A stretch of 64,000 nucleotides of DNA from Antedon mediterranea (Eukaryota > Animalia > Echinodermata), in the NCBI RefSeq assembly GCF_964355755.1, contig NC_092671.1, positions 26,982,070-27,046,069 on the forward strand. Direction: 5' to 3'. The position numbers were made by a program, and so were the translations under genes. The notes beneath the pieces were generated by a model, which was not told the origin of the DNA, did no database searches, and worked only from the letters and a program-made list of their open reading frames with translations. Below, one piece after another: positions 52,601-64,000 of this stretch (position 1 is its first letter; the number at the start of each line of letters is the position of its first letter).

Positions 52601-55600
52601 TTTTTATTGACTGCTTTCAAACCAAAATCGTTAAAAAAAATGTAGTTACTGCAATACCTGCAGCAGTATAAATTTGACAGACATGAAATTTAACTTTCAT
52701 TGCAAATCAAACTAAAATCATATGTTATATTGCATTACGTGTTCAAGCAGATAGATATAGAAGTCTAAGTGTGGGTGGTTTGGAAAACCGTACATTTAGA
52801 TACCCAGGTTTTTTGGTGGGTGCTGTGTTGAAATTAGCCTGGTGGAAGGCCATAAAAGAACTTTAAATGTGGGTGACAAAATGTGATGGTTATTGTCTCC
52901 ACACAGAACAAATTACATCCACGCTTGTGATGTATAATTTAAATTGATAACTTACATCATTAGGTTAAAAGCATAAAACTATATTGGATAGATAGCCTAA
53001 AGGTAAAGAATAAAAGCGTTCGCATTGAATATAAAGACAATGTACAAAACCGAATGTCTGGCCACCAACCTGATCTGCAACTATTTTAATGAAAATGTTA
53101 GTACTTAACTGTATATTGATTTTATATATTTGTGTAGTCAACTGATCTATTAGTAGTTTCTTAACTACATCATTTCAGTATGTGAAGATTAAGGATGAAC
53201 CGCCCTCAGCTCAACATGGACGATTAAATAACCAATTACAAATTTTATTCGTGTCATGCTCTTCAAATCAAGACTTATGCAATCTGGTTAAAATTGATTG
53301 CAAGTGACCCGACTCCAGAAAACACCAACTTGGTGTGAATCTATTTTAGAGACTCGGTGATAATCATATTCAATCTGTGTAAGGTAAAAAGTAGTGCACA
53401 TACACCCACCTGTTACCAATCTTTAAACGCAACCTAATTGATAATAAAATGGCCTTCAGTTTATTATACAAATCATGAACAAAACGACACATAGAGATCA
53501 TGTCACAAATTGGCAGAACTCACAATTATATTTGTTTTACTTTTTGAATATATTTTTACATATTTTCGACCTTGTAAAGTTTGAGACATAGTTTTCCTGG
53601 TAGAGTTTATGTTATATCAGCTAGTGTAAGTCTAGAAAGTGAATAATACGTGTTAACCTGAACATGTAAATAATTAATTTGCATAGCATGAATAGCAAAT
53701 GATTACTATGTATATCAAATTAATATGTATTTGTTCCTATGTAGTACTATATCAACTAAATTGAGCAACTTTTAAAAATAGTGGGTGAGTAAAGTTTCTA
53801 ATAATAATATTATGTTAAACATAATATTAGAAATATCCATATCATATTATTCCAAATAACCCCTGATTAACAAAAAAGACAAATCGATGACACACCACGA
53901 AAAAAACAGCTTTTTGGTTTTCTGCTACAATAAAAAAACAATTGGAGTAGCCTGTCAGACAGACTTTACATTTCCATGACACACCAAGCAACTACACAAT
54001 ACAACCATTTTTCAAGCATTGCTTTTGTTTTACAGTATACAGTCTATCTAAACTTGTTATGTATGTTTTTACAATTGAAAATAAAGATTGATTACTATTC
54101 TGTGAACCCCTATAATATTTGGTAGGCCTGTAATAAAGTGGTCAGGTTGAAGCGATCAACTGTCCTGGGTAACTACAACCCCCACAAGTTCAAGGACTAT
54201 AGAAGAATTTACAGATGGGGAGGTTTAGAATTGATACAAGATAACAATCGAAACAAACTCTGAGTTAATAGTGTGCACAAGTTTAAATAAAAAGTCCTTG
54301 AAAGAGAGACAAGAATGTGAGTTAAAAAGTAAAATTAATTGGGAGGGGATTGATGACTTGATTCTGTATCAAAATGAACAATAATGTATTCTGCCCTGCC
54401 TCTTAATCATCAAAATTCTAAAGTATGGAGACACACAGGCTGGCCGAGCTTAGAATGTAATTATGAGAGGCAACGATATATTTAATATGACAAGGCCTTT
54501 TAAAAGTTATGTACCCTGCTATGTGGTGGACACAAGCATGGGTTGAAATTTTAACAGAATAATATGGTGAAGGGTAGACCTTATTACATTGAGTTTGAAA
54601 TTATACGGTTGAACAAATTTGCATTCATTAAAGAAAAATGTTTTTATAAGTACTGACGGAAGACATCTAATGTGATAATTAAGATGTAGGGAGAGTAGGG
54701 GACATATCGTGGCACAACAGAGCATTAAAACCTAGTTCAAAAGTTTAAAGGAAAACATTCATTTTCAATGACAAATCTTTTAAAAGGTAATTGTCTATTT
54801 ATTCATTTGACAGTAAAGTTCAGACAACTAAAGACTAAAACTAGTATCCTATTCTCACTACATACATATGTTACAAAAATCAGAGTTTAGAGCCTGAGAA
54901 GACAATAGCCATAAAATATTAACAGGATAAATGTCTTCCTTCAATGACCATAGTTGAAAATTTAAAACTGGTTCAGTATCGTGCTCATTTTTAAAGATGT
55001 ATTGTCCCTTTGACTAATTAAAAACAAATTTTTTTTTTAATATTTCGAATAAAAGTGTGTCAATTTGAAGTATCATAATAGTTATTAACTTTCACCAAAA
55101 ATTTGTTGAAAAAAAAATTATTTACTGAAATACGGACGTTTTTTTGTTCAAAAAAATAACTTTGACTTCCAGTCAAAGTTTTCGATCAAAACATATCTCA
55201 TAATGCAACGTGCTTGTTTGGCTACTCTGTATGCATAATCATAAAACTTCGCGATCTGTGTGAAAACAACTTCTCAACCGCGACAAGTTGTAAACCATCC
55301 TAATTAGCATCATGCATAATGCATACTCGTGGTTTGAAATTTTTGTTTACTTTCGCTCGTGACGATTTTCCAGACGAAATGTAATCAAATCAATTTACCT
55401 GTTAATTACGTAAACTTGTTGTTTTTGCCTCAAATTTTCGACTTAAAGTGAATAACTTTAATATTACTTTGATATGGTCAATTTAAATTTAGAATATTTT
55501 TTTTTTTCATTTTTTGTGTTTCAAGGGACAATACATCTTTAAAAAACCAAGTGCATCTTTTAGGGGGAGGGGAGGTTACTCTAGTGTAAAGAAAGAAACA

Positions 55601-58600
55601 TTGTTTTAAGCCCAGAATAGAGCATGAACTGGGGGCTGTTTACTAGCATTTTCTCTGCTTATCTCTAGATTGAAAACGGCACTCCTGATACAGAATTGTT
55701 TTCCCCATTCTTAGATTTGACATGTGTCAGAGGACTACAATTTTTTATTTCAAGATTCAGACTTATAATTGACAACAGAGCACTATAAGCTACAGAACAG
55801 ACTTGTGTTGTGTCATAATTGTGGTATATTCAATTGACCAGCTCTACATAAAATACTTTAGAGTGATAATTAAGGTCACCCACTACTTCCCCACTCCCAG
55901 GCCTGAGTCATACTATACATACAGTTAATAATAAGTGTTAATTATTAAGATAACTATTACAATAAGAAAAAAATAAGAGAAATACTTATATTATGGGAAC
56001 ACCTTTGGGACATAAAGTGTCTTCATTATAGAGGGTTTAGGCTAAATATAAGTAACAAGGGAAGGGTCCATTATTAGGTATATCCCTGAATAGGGGTATC
56101 TAGTTCTAGAAAGATATCTGTGATCTGAGTTTTCTAGACACCCCCTCGAAAATGATAGCTTTTACTGTATTAGAGACTAAATATTAAATTTCAACCATTG
56201 TTACCTGTTGTCTCTTCAACACTGATCAACAATTCCACTCTTGCTGTTTTATACGTAGCTCTGTTTAAAGCTATAATCTAGATAAAAAAACAAAATAATT
56301 AAATTTAAGCTAGTATAATCAACAATAGTACAGTATTTTAAAGTGTCCTCAATAGATGTGTCTGTTAAATAGGGAGTGTCGCATATATAAATATGAACTA
56401 TCCAGTAAATTTATTAATTCTATGAAAATAAAAAGATATTTAATTTTTGATTGGTGTTATAAAACATTACTTATTAGAAAACAAAAATAAATATACAGTA
56501 GTGTCAAAACACCGCACAAGAGTAACTTAAGGAAAGTGTACATTTTACTGAATTACATTGCTAAATAGACTAATCTTTATTTTCGTTGAGCATAACATGA
56601 TTTTTTTCTACAAAATCTCGGAAATGGTGATCTCCGTGAATATCCACAGGTTTTCCCAATGGAGAGACACACAAGAAAAAAAAGATAGAGGATATGAAAA
56701 TAACAATATGATTGAACACCATGAGAGGATATGATTCATAAAGGTAGGCATATCGCTGTCATCTATTTAAAAAATATGGTGTTTAGAAATTTGGTTTTGT
56801 GATTCAAAGATGCTATAGGCCATATCAGCAATTCGCATTGAATTAAAGCTCAAAACAAGTATCACTAGTCATATTCAAACACAATACTGCCTGCAAACAG
56901 CCAATCAGATACAGTATACCAATTTGAAACTACGTCCCAGCTTACTAAATCAAGCTCTCCTTCGTCCATGTCAAGTATGTCTGAACGTAGTAACACGTTT
57001 ATATGTTTATATTCTAAACACAATTATCATCATCTTTGACTTATATAAGTTTTTATTTTGTTCTGGTGGAACTAGTCTTAAAGCCCCCTGGGCTTATTTA
57101 AGTTTCTCCAGCATAAGTGCATTCTACTTTTTAAAAGATCTAATTTTCTTTTATTACATATTATGATGTACACTTTTGAGATTGAATTGAATTGAATCTT
57201 CAAAAAATGAATTTGATACACTGTCTTTCAGTTCCAGTTGGTTTAATCTTATTATAATACTAAATTTTGATTTTTAAATATAGTAGATTACACTTAAAAT
57301 ATCAGGTTACCAAAAGAAATGCTGATTACAGAATTAGTTTTTGATGAATATTCAATATTTATATTTTACCATTGTTAGCTTAGAATTCTTAACACATCTT
57401 ACACACTTGTTTTGCCTCTGGCGCCTGGATGTAAACACAAACATAAGGTTAGACGATAGATAGCTATTGTTTCCTGCTCTGAATGGTCACTTTACCAGAT
57501 AGTAAACATTTTCTCTAAAATACTCATGATTCAGATATAATTGAGTTTTCATTGCCGATGAGTAACCAATTGAAATTTGAATTTTGTTTTTATAGTTTGC
57601 AGACAAATTTCATATTCTGTCAGAATTGCCTACAAGTCATAACGCAAACACTAACAGATAGAAGAACATTGGAATCATTCGATTTTTTTAGTCAATTTCA
57701 GATTTAATTTATGGGAGAGCAAAATTTAACTATTTGTTTATGCATCTTTCTCATACAATGTATTATATGCTGATATAACTTGAAGTTGAACTTGTAGTTC
57801 AAATTTGAATGAAACCTAGATTTTCGAAGAAACAGTTTATGGCATTGGCTTGTCTGTGGAAAATCATATTGATTAATAAATTTACTAGATATTTAGGAGC
57901 AAAACTAAAAAAGATATGTTTAAATAAACAAATATGAACTAAAACTATATACAATCGGTTTTTTTGGCATTAATCAGCAGAAAAAAACACCAGATCTAAC
58001 ACTAAGTACCTCTATGTTGGTGATTCCTACATCACCCAATTGTGGTGTACCATACAAATAGCCATCAAACTGTGTGTCCTCTTGATAATATTTCAGCAAG
58101 CTAGGTAGTCCTGCTTTGCCATCCAGGGCAGGCCGGAATGTGATAGGATTTGAACTTTCTGCGAATGAAGGAAATAGGTCAATTTGATTTAATTATGCAA
58201 AAGGTTAATAAACTTAAGCGATGATTTGTAAAAAATAAACTAGTGACGCAAAGACATGGTACATTTTTCTAGAGGATACATTTAAAAGCCAGCGATTTAC
58301 TTGTTTTCCAGTTAACCTTCAAAAGTAAAAATAAAACTGTTTATAAATAACACAAGATCTTTTCTCATAGATAAGAAATCTCTTGTATTCTTAATCTACA
58401 GATCTTTTAACAGAACATAAATTTGTAGTTTAGAAATTTTAGATTATTTAATTTTGCATTTTAGAAAATATTCATAATTGTTTCCTCTTTAAATTCCATT
58501 CCATACACTATGTTATAGATCGATTGATTGATATTATAGTCAGAAATGAATCTATGAAATGTGTTAAGAGAATTTAAACTTTTAACTTGGAAAATGGTTA

Positions 58601-61600
58601 ATTCATATAAAAACATGGATTAGTTGAAATCCTTATCAAGGAATACTCATCAAAAGATTAAATGTGTCAGGATAAAGTTAATCTTTTTAAAAATACACAA
58701 TTCCCTTAGCATTTCCCTGTTGAACTTTCTTTCTAATACAAGTTTGATTATATATTAACAAAATTAGTGTTCCTGCCACTTGATTTCATATCATTTTCGC
58801 GTCATATTTTCTACAATTTTTTCCTCCCTACAATTAAAGACTCCCTCCGCCTATAAAGACCGCTGTACTGCAGCCATAGATGATCGCCTATCTTATATTA
58901 GCTGCTTCACTTAAACATTCCCTATAATTAAAGACCAAATACCACAGATCAGGTGGACCCAACTGAAAATTTTCCTTCAAATTGATTTACTTTGACATTA
59001 TCCTCCAGGGAGCAAGATAACCATATAGGGTAATTTAAAGATCCATTTTAGTGCCATTCTGTAGTTGGATGGATTCTAATTACAGACCAAAGCTACCAAA
59101 GACCACTAAAATCTTTTTAGTACAAAAGTGGTCTTTAATTGGAGGGAGATGACCGATCATCTTTTTGTAAACATTTTGAATTTGCTGTACATTGTGGTTT
59201 GCATATACATTCCCTATAAAAAAATTGTCGGGATCCGGTAAAATCAAGCGGGATTTTCTGGCCAAATGTTTGCATGGGGTAACCTTTGACATTTGATTCA
59301 GGATAGAAGCAGCAAACTAATTGAAGTTTGATATAGAATAGTAGGTTTTTAAAAAATTATAAAATAAATAATGAATGTTTGTTGAACAATAATCATATTT
59401 TCACTTATTGAAAGTCTGTTAACCTAAATTTATTGAAATTAAATAAATTCATCTCTTTCCATCCAAATATATTTTTTTTAATTAATTTTATATTACGTTT
59501 CGTTTTGTGTGTTGTCAACACACTTTATCAAGGTGATGGTCTTGCTGACAACAGCCTTGATGAAGTCACCTGATGTTCTGTGACTTGCATCCTATATTGA
59601 ATTTATTATTTATATACTATTAGGCCTAAGTTACTTACATTGCTACTAAATACTACAGAAAATGTAAACATGTAAAATAGTGTTCTCACATAAAAAATAA
59701 ATGTGAAACTTCATTTACTTCTGATATCAGCAGTGGTTTCTCATCTATCTATTTAATGAGGCAGAACATGCATTTATTCGTTTAACACATACTATTCTAA
59801 AGTAAATATTTAATTAATCAGCATCTTCCATCTTTAATCAATGTCAAAATCAAAGTCATTCAAAGTCAACTCTAAGATTTTGGATGCATGCAACTAAAGA
59901 TGGTGCACAAGTGACCAGCTTGTGATTTTCATAAAAACTAAGGGCCACTTTTTTCTGTAAATTGAAAAAAAACCTTCAAAAAAAGTTTTAGTCATTTGTC
60001 ACAAAGACAACGTTGCAGCTTATTTCTTAGACAACATAAAACCATATTTTATGTAATTGTTTGTGTAATGACATCATTATTATCTATCCAACAATTGTGT
60101 TGCAGCTAAAAATTACTCCACAAAAAAAACAGTTTTTTAAACAAATTTTTTTTCAATGTCAGTAGTCCCATTTCTAATGCCGGAGAAAAAAGAATGATTT
60201 AAAAAATCGTTTAAAAAACATTTTTTCTTGCCAGCAGAAGCACAGACCCTATATGATAGTATTTGATACATACAAAAATGATTTACTTTCTATAGTGGCA
60301 TTACTATGATACATTGCACAGCTGAAATGATGACAATTAAAGTAATAAAATTAACTATGCATTTATTCTTCGGTTCCTGCATCAAAATGCAAACATCCTG
60401 CCTTAAGGTGTTATCTATTTATAAAATATACTTTATCATTAGACAATAGACCAAGGTCTATATGTAAGGGTTAAGTAATGCGTTATCATTCTTATTAAAA
60501 ACAAATTAGTGAGAAAGATCGTGTTGATAGGCTTGAATGTTAAAATAGTGGGTGAACTGCACTGTCTATTACTGACCCTAGGAGCTATGTCCGCAGGGGA
60601 GAAATCCACTGGCCGAATTATTGGTCCAAACAGGTTGAGTTCAAAGAGGGGTTGCAGAAATAAAAAACACCTTAGTCTGTAAAATTTGATTACAAAATAC
60701 AGGTATTTCTACAATATTTATGCAACCCTAGAGAGGGAAAAGCTATACAACCTGCCAGACAATTCAAGAACATTTTCTTTCATGGGTCCGTGAAGATATA
60801 ATGGATGTAGGTGAAAGCTGAATGGAAGCCTACATAAAGGATGTCTCCAGAGGCAGAGAATGAAAACAGGGTGGGCAGAAATATTAGGACCTGTTATCCA
60901 TGGGGAAGAGAAGTAATTAATATATACAAACAACACACAATATATAAAATTTTTCTTGACATAAGTAAACCAGTGGCGTATATTTTCGTGTATTCATTGC
61001 ATATTATAAAAACAGAGTTAGTGTATGGTACTTTTGGGAATCACACAGAGAAAACTTGATCCCATGATCTACTATTAACCAATGAAAAACTGACTGAACA
61101 AGACTGCACACATGGATTGAACAAAGCCCATTCAAATATACATCAAATTACTATTACCTGCTGCACATTTAGCAAACCAAGAGAATCATTCACTCATCAT
61201 AGGAAATGAGATTACTGAATAATATTGTAAACACATAAATCTCAATGAAAGATAAGTTATCAAGAACTAAAAGAACTATCAACTATTCATTTATTTATAT
61301 ATACGATTTAATTTTACTTTCATATCATTATTTATCAATAATTTACAATAGTTGCAAAATAATAATTGAAAGTATAATTGCATCGTATATCGCATTCACA
61401 ACTGCTTTATCTACTAGATAAAAGTACATTTTTATGTCAAATCAAAAAAAATATTACTGTACTTGATAAAATTCTTACATTTTGCAAAGACCAAGCTGGT
61501 TTTAGAAAAATAGCACAGTTGCACATGCAACTGTATACAAGACTTTGGGTTGGATTGGATTGGAGGAGTTTCGAGCTTGGATGTGATTAAAATTTTCTAT

Positions 61601-63999
61601 AGTCTCTATCTTTGCAACATACAGTACACATTAAGCCTACATTTTGCCATACAAAATGGCTGTTCTTCTACAGTATCCTGTGTTTTATAAACCACACACC
61701 TTTCTGTTTTAAAATTATTGTTATTAAATACAACTGTTTGCTGGTGTAACATTGAATGATGAGGTTGGATTAGATTAGAGTTTTGAGATCAAATTTGATA
61801 ATTTTGCATAGTATTTCTAATATTACAATCGTTATTTACTGCTTCCGACAAAAAGAATGACTACTACTCTGTAGGAATTGTTTATCTAAGTCTACAGATA
61901 TGAGATGTCTATAGTATTAAAGTGGGGGACCCTGTCCTTGACAAAATTTACTGGATTGTCAAAGGAAATGCATAGCATGTTCAGGATTTTGTAGGCAAAT
62001 AAAATTACTTAAAAGTCACAAACCAGTGATTATAATTAATAATATTTAATCTTATGTGCATATATGGAAATCTGTAAAATTATTGTAAAACTATTGATAC
62101 ATATTAAGACTGATTTCACAAATGGTTCTTTTTTTAAAAACTGACACAGACATTTAAAAAGCTAAAAAGAATAAAATGTAATGGGAATGTTTAGTCAATG
62201 AAAATATTACTTAAATTCACAAAACAGTCATTATAATCAATCAGGTTTAATCCTATGTGCATATATGGAAATCTGAAAAACTATTAATAAAAAATACTGA
62301 TTTCACAAATGTTTCTTTTTTTACTCGGGGTACCCGAGTCTAGGACTTACTCATTTTCTCCTCCTCTTCCTCCTCCATCTGGACACTATTGAGTAAAAAG
62401 TGCGATTTTTAAAGTACTACTCCTCCCTTATTAGTTGTAGTATTGAGCTGGGGTTTGGCATGAATATACTACAGGCACATGTCCTCAAAGCTATAGAGCC
62501 GCATTTTTTATTTTCAAACCGGATGCAGCCATAAGACGTCTTGAAGATGGTACCATATAGCCGTATTTGGTAGGTTATTGATGTGTATGTGACGTCACAT
62601 CCCGTCTTATGACGTCATTACAGCTTCATTTGCTGTACCCCGAGAATAGTATCGCACATTCCTTTTTTGTTTGTTAATTAATTTGTTTAATTAAGAAGCC
62701 ACAATGTGTGACGCACACCACAGCGTTATGTTGTTATATGCGGCTTCTTGGCGTAGTGGTTATCACTTCTGTTTAACACGCAGAAGGTCTCCGGTTCGAG
62801 ACCGGGCGAAACCTTTTTTTTAAAAACTTTATGGTGAAAAGTACTGTATACGCAATATGATATACAATATATCTTTTTTAAATACTTATTTTGTGTAATC
62901 GGTAATTATCACTTTTACACATGTTTATTTTGCTTTGTGCTTATTACCATACTTATTTGTAATTTAAATGGATTAAAAAACATTGTGTAACCCACATTTT
63001 TCCAAAGAGGTTTCGTAGTGTAGTGGTTATCAAGTCTGCTTAACACGAAGAAGGTCCCCGGCGAAACCTATTTTTCTTAAACTTATGGTGGAATATACTG
63101 TATACGTAATATGATATACCGGTAGAGTATATCTCGTTTTATTACTCGGGGTACCTGAGTCTAGGACTCTCTCATCTTTTCCTCTTCTTCTTCTATCCGG
63201 ACATTATTGAGTAAAAAGTGCGACTTATAAAGTACTACTCCTCCCTTATTCGTTGTAGTATTGAGTTGGGATTTGGCATGAATATACTACAGGGGCATGT
63301 CCTCAAATCTATAGATTTTTAAATTTCAAACCGGATGCAGCCATATCACGTCTCGAAGATGGTATTTGGTTGCGAGGTTATTGATGTGTATGTGCATCCG
63401 GTCTTATGACGTCATTACAGATTATTTTGCTGTACCCCGAGTATCGCACATTCGTGCTTGTTTTACTTTGTATACACAAATTTAGTGAGAGTGTGTGGCG
63501 CAGTGTGTTGAACGTTTGTTGTAAGAAACACTATCTCCTCCTAAACCGCACAACCAATACTCATTCCATTCGAGAGGGGGAACCTTTAATTTCCCTTTTG
63601 TCTATGTTTTTGAAGGCATTTTTTTTTTGGCCGAAAAATATGTTTTTTTAGACCAATTAAAAATCACAGGTCATAGATAATTGACATTATGAATTCATGG
63701 TGCCCTTCCACTGAATAGGTAACTAGAAATGTAGAATACATTCACAAATATAAGTATATTTTGGAATGTTCACTCCCGACAGGATCTGTCTCTATTAGTA
63801 AAGTGTCATTTCTACCCTTTCTGCCAAGCCTTTTTTACACAATTTTTTGAAAACTGTGTAGTATGATAGACTTACCAAGATTATCAAAAGCAAACTTTCT
63901 TCTGTCAATCACATAGTGAAAACTGTTTCCCACGATTGCACTTTCTTTAGCAACGACGACGAACAATGCTGATATCAACATTATAAAGACGGATTCCAT
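23175..63999 (-). CDS. SGCE: Alpha/epsilon-sarcoglycan (SGCA/SGCE family), ~427 aa type I membrane protein
   Basis: Exons (minus) 63999-63876, 58158-58010, 56277-56205, 41438-41246, 38095-37930, 37120-36927, 28873-28847, 28255-28118, 26219-26109, 23556-23510 and 23236-23175, all in phase. Signal peptide MESVFIMLISALFVVVA, NPITF..GYLYGTP, IIALNRATYKTAR, EFVIDWC, TM helix ending LGYLMFCRREGV, and KRNVNTPEEQLIYHKNIKKSTKDLRKM match SGCE. The last three exons and the start ATG (at the window edge) are less certain. Confidence 0.92.
23730..23904. mobile_element. PIF/Harbinger-like MITE
   Basis: TIRs AGGCCAATTTACACAGATGAGT / ACTCATCTATGTAAATTGGCCT with TTA/TAA flanks. Confidence 0.75.
26364..26855. 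repeat. 80-bp minisatellite, ~6 copies
   Basis: Unit ACTAAACAAAGAAAGAAAGACAGTGCATCAAAACAACTTTATATACACATTCCYATTCCCACRCAATACCCCGGGRCGGG, near-identical copies. Confidence 0.97.
28300..28459. mobile_element. PIF/Harbinger-like MITE (GCTTGGTTCCCACTAG family)
   Basis: TIRs AAGCTTGGTTTCCACTAGGAC / GTCCTAGTGGGAACCAAGCTT. Related copies at ~51772-51930 and a fragment at ~23905-23970. Confidence 0.75.
30067..30478. mobile_element. (TA)n-associated repeat carrying an internal tRNA-like gene (copy 1 plus a partial tandem terminal repeat)
   Basis: Same ~350-bp cassette as at 42150-42730 and 42972-43620. The terminal ~45-bp segment is repeated at 30067 and 30431. A possible 21-bp TSD TATACAATATATTAATATATA lies at 30047 and 30474. 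Confidence 0.85.
30178..30249 (-). tRNA. tRNA-like gene with anticodon ATC (Asp-type, atypical), inside a repeat
   Basis: GCCCCAG-TG-GTCTAACGGTTAGGAC-A-TCTGC-ATATCAA-GCAGG-CGGT-CCGAG-TTCGAGT-CTCGG-TTGGGGC-G: a 72-nt full cloverleaf with A and B boxes, followed by T5. A32 is non-canonical. Confidence 0.7.
30968..32172. mobile_element. Non-autonomous insertion (Helentron/DINE-like) splitting the LINE RT region
   Basis: Non-LINE 1.2-kb segment between the RT fragments. Ends in the perfect hairpin TAATTCGTCA-AAG-TGACGAATTA (~32150-32172). Confidence 0.5.
35069..35256. mobile_element. PIF/Harbinger-like MITE (GGCCAACTCAGACAGCGTCGTACGAC family)
   Basis: TIRs CCAACTCAGACAGCGTC / GACGCTGTCTGAGTTGG. 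Related copies at 41531-41704 and 9349-11008. Confidence 0.8.
37155..37360 (+). mobile_element. Degenerate tRNA-derived SINE
   Basis: A-box-like TTAGTGGTTA, B-box-like GGGTTCAATAC and an (AGTTTT)n tail. Confidence 0.5.
38270..39490. repeat. 85-bp satellite, ~14 copies
   Basis: Unit GTGTTGAAACATATATTGCTTCTTGTTCATTTCTCATGATAGTGTCCCCTTAATAGGGTTGTCTATTGAATAGGGCTTGACCACA, with degenerate flanking copies to ~39620. Confidence 0.97.
41531..41704. mobile_element. PIF/Harbinger-like MITE (GGCCAACTCAGACAGC family)
   Basis: TTA|AGGCCAACTCAGACAGCATTGTACGACGAGGC ... GCCTCGTCGTACAACGCTGCCTGAGTTGGCCT|TTA. Confidence 0.85.
41885..42050 (-). mobile_element. Penelope-like terminal repeat fragment with a degenerate hammerhead
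   Basis: Reverse-complement homologue of 42750-42940. Its core reads CTGAGGA...GTAA (mutated). A third partial copy lies at ~18905-18990. Confidence 0.6.
42260..42331 (-). tRNA. tRNA-like gene, anticodon ATC (repeat-borne copy 2)
   Basis: 72-nt cloverleaf nearly identical to 30178-30249. Confidence 0.65.
42517..42588 (-). tRNA. tRNA-like gene, anticodon ATC (repeat-borne copy 3)
   Basis: 72-nt cloverleaf with one D-loop substitution relative to copy 2. Confidence 0.6.
42776..42812 (+). ncRNA. Minimal type I hammerhead ribozyme (Penelope-like)
   Basis: GCA-CTGATGA-A-GGGC-TAGTGTT-GCCC-GAAA-GC-TC-TGC: conserved core, stem II, palindromic AGCT stem III and a 3-bp stem I. Confidence 0.72.
43084..43155 (-). 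tRNA. tRNA-like gene, anticodon ATC (repeat-borne copy 4)
   Basis: GCCCCAGTGGTCTAATGGTTAGGGCAACTGCATATCAAGCAGACGGTCCGAGTTCGAGTCTCGGTTGGGGCG. Confidence 0.6.
43498..43569 (+). pseudogene. tRNA-like copy 5 (inverted; D-arm and T-stem substitutions)
   Basis: Same as copy 4 but with TGATCT in the A box and CTAGG in the T stem. Confidence 0.6.
43696..43739 (-). ncRNA. Type I hammerhead ribozyme-like motif (second family)
   Basis: Minus strand GCAC-CTGAAGA-T-TGAG-TTCATA-CTCA-T-GAAA-CA-GCC-TG-TA-GTGC. All three stems can form, but the base of stem II is non-canonical. Confidence 0.6.
44340..47345 (-). mobile_element. 5'-truncated, decayed non-LTR retrotransposon (RT; possibly Proto2-like clade)
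   Basis: ORFs 45265-46236 (KSPGLDG, NYRPIAL, FLDASKAFDRVNH), 44846-45133 (HLSYADDLVLLAPS) and 44347-45084 (LFRSYC..YCAALW), with GVRQGG(V)MSP between them. The frame continues upstream of the 46253-47168 insertion. A-rich tail at ~44320-44350. Confidence 0.9.
46253..47168. mobile_element. PIF/Harbinger-like MITE inserted in the LINE
   Basis: About 38-bp TIRs CGCCCCTATTCTTAAACCGGACTTTAGTCGTAGTTC / GAACTACGACTAAAGTCCGGTTTAAGAATACGGGCG. TTA TSD at 46250-46252 and 47169-47171. Excision restores the LINE frame (KPTRSKSYNIVPG). Confidence 0.9.
47960..48109. mobile_element. PIF/Harbinger-like MITE (AGCTCTGTCTACACTATCAAACT family)
   Basis: TIRs AAGCTATGTCTACAATATCAAACT / AGTTTGATAGTGTAGACAGAGCTT. 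Confidence 0.78.
51443..51652. repeat. 28-bp minisatellite, ~7.5 copies
   Basis: Unit AAACACCACTGACCTGGATATTAAACAT, contiguous with no spacers. Confidence 0.96.
51772..51930. mobile_element. PIF/Harbinger-like MITE (GCTTGGTTCCCACTAG family)
   Basis: Homologous (inverted) to 28300-28459. Termini TTCCACTAG / CTAGTGGGAACCAA. Confidence 0.7.
54995..55538. mobile_element. Kolobok-like non-autonomous DNA transposon
   Basis: TTAA|AGATGTATTGTCCC ... GGGACAATACATCT|TTAA. Related arms at ~36256-36562 and ~7441-7740. Confidence 0.8.
62322..62665 (+). mobile_element. Helentron/DINE-1-like non-autonomous element, copy 1
   Basis: 5' TACTCGGGGTAC in a T-run and subterminal inverted GTACCCCGAG. Clearly homologous to 63143-63462. 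Confidence 0.65.
62742..62814 (+). tRNA. tRNA-Val(AAC), probably a pseudogene
   Basis: GGCTTCTTGGCGTAGTGGTTATCACTTCTGTTTAACACGCAGAAGGTCTCCGGTTCGAGACCGGGCGAAACCT followed by a T-run. Two acceptor-stem mismatches. Confidence 0.8.
63009..63069 (+). pseudogene. tRNA-Val(AAC) pseudogene lacking the T-arm
   Basis: GGTTTCGTAGTGTAGTGGTTATCAAGTCTGCTTAACACGAAGAAGGTCCCCGGCGAAACCT, with ~12 nt including the B box deleted between CCGG repeats. Confidence 0.85.
63143..63462 (+). mobile_element. Helentron/DINE-1-like non-autonomous element, copy 2
   Basis: TACTCGGGGTAC ... GTACCCCGAGTA subTIRs, followed by a short hairpin GCAC-ATTC-GTGC and TTGTTTT. Confidence 0.7.
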
Positions 64000-64000
64000 T

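Noticed and set aside
59510-59590. TTGATGA-containing hairpin as another hammerhead
   Set aside because: The core is incomplete (no CTGATGA or GAAA in the right positions).

Overview
AT-rich, intron-rich animal genomic DNA, probably a marine invertebrate deuterostome such as an echinoderm (inference). Three spliced protein-coding genes were reconstructed by hand from GT-AG exons with consistent reading phase: the 3' seven exons of carboxypeptidase Q (+, 444-3978), a complete PA2G4/EBP1 (+, 12257-20115, 10 exons, 393 aa) and a convergent alpha/epsilon-sarcoglycan (-, 63999-23175, 11 exons, ~427 aa). Introns and intergenic DNA are packed with decayed LINEs, nested non-autonomous DNA transposons (hAT, PIF/Harbinger, pogo/Tc1, Kolobok, Helitron/Helentron-like), minisatellites and two tRNA-Val(AAC) pseudogene-like copies. 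The most unusual observations are: (1) a ~210-nt, strongly base-paired, Pol III-like ncRNA candidate antisense in a CPQ intron, with 7SK-like features; (2) a (TA)n-associated mobile cassette carrying a complete tRNA cloverleaf with the atypical anticodon ATC (5 copies); (3) minimal hammerhead ribozymes interleaved with that cassette; (4) a decayed intronless coding-like segment of unknown origin.
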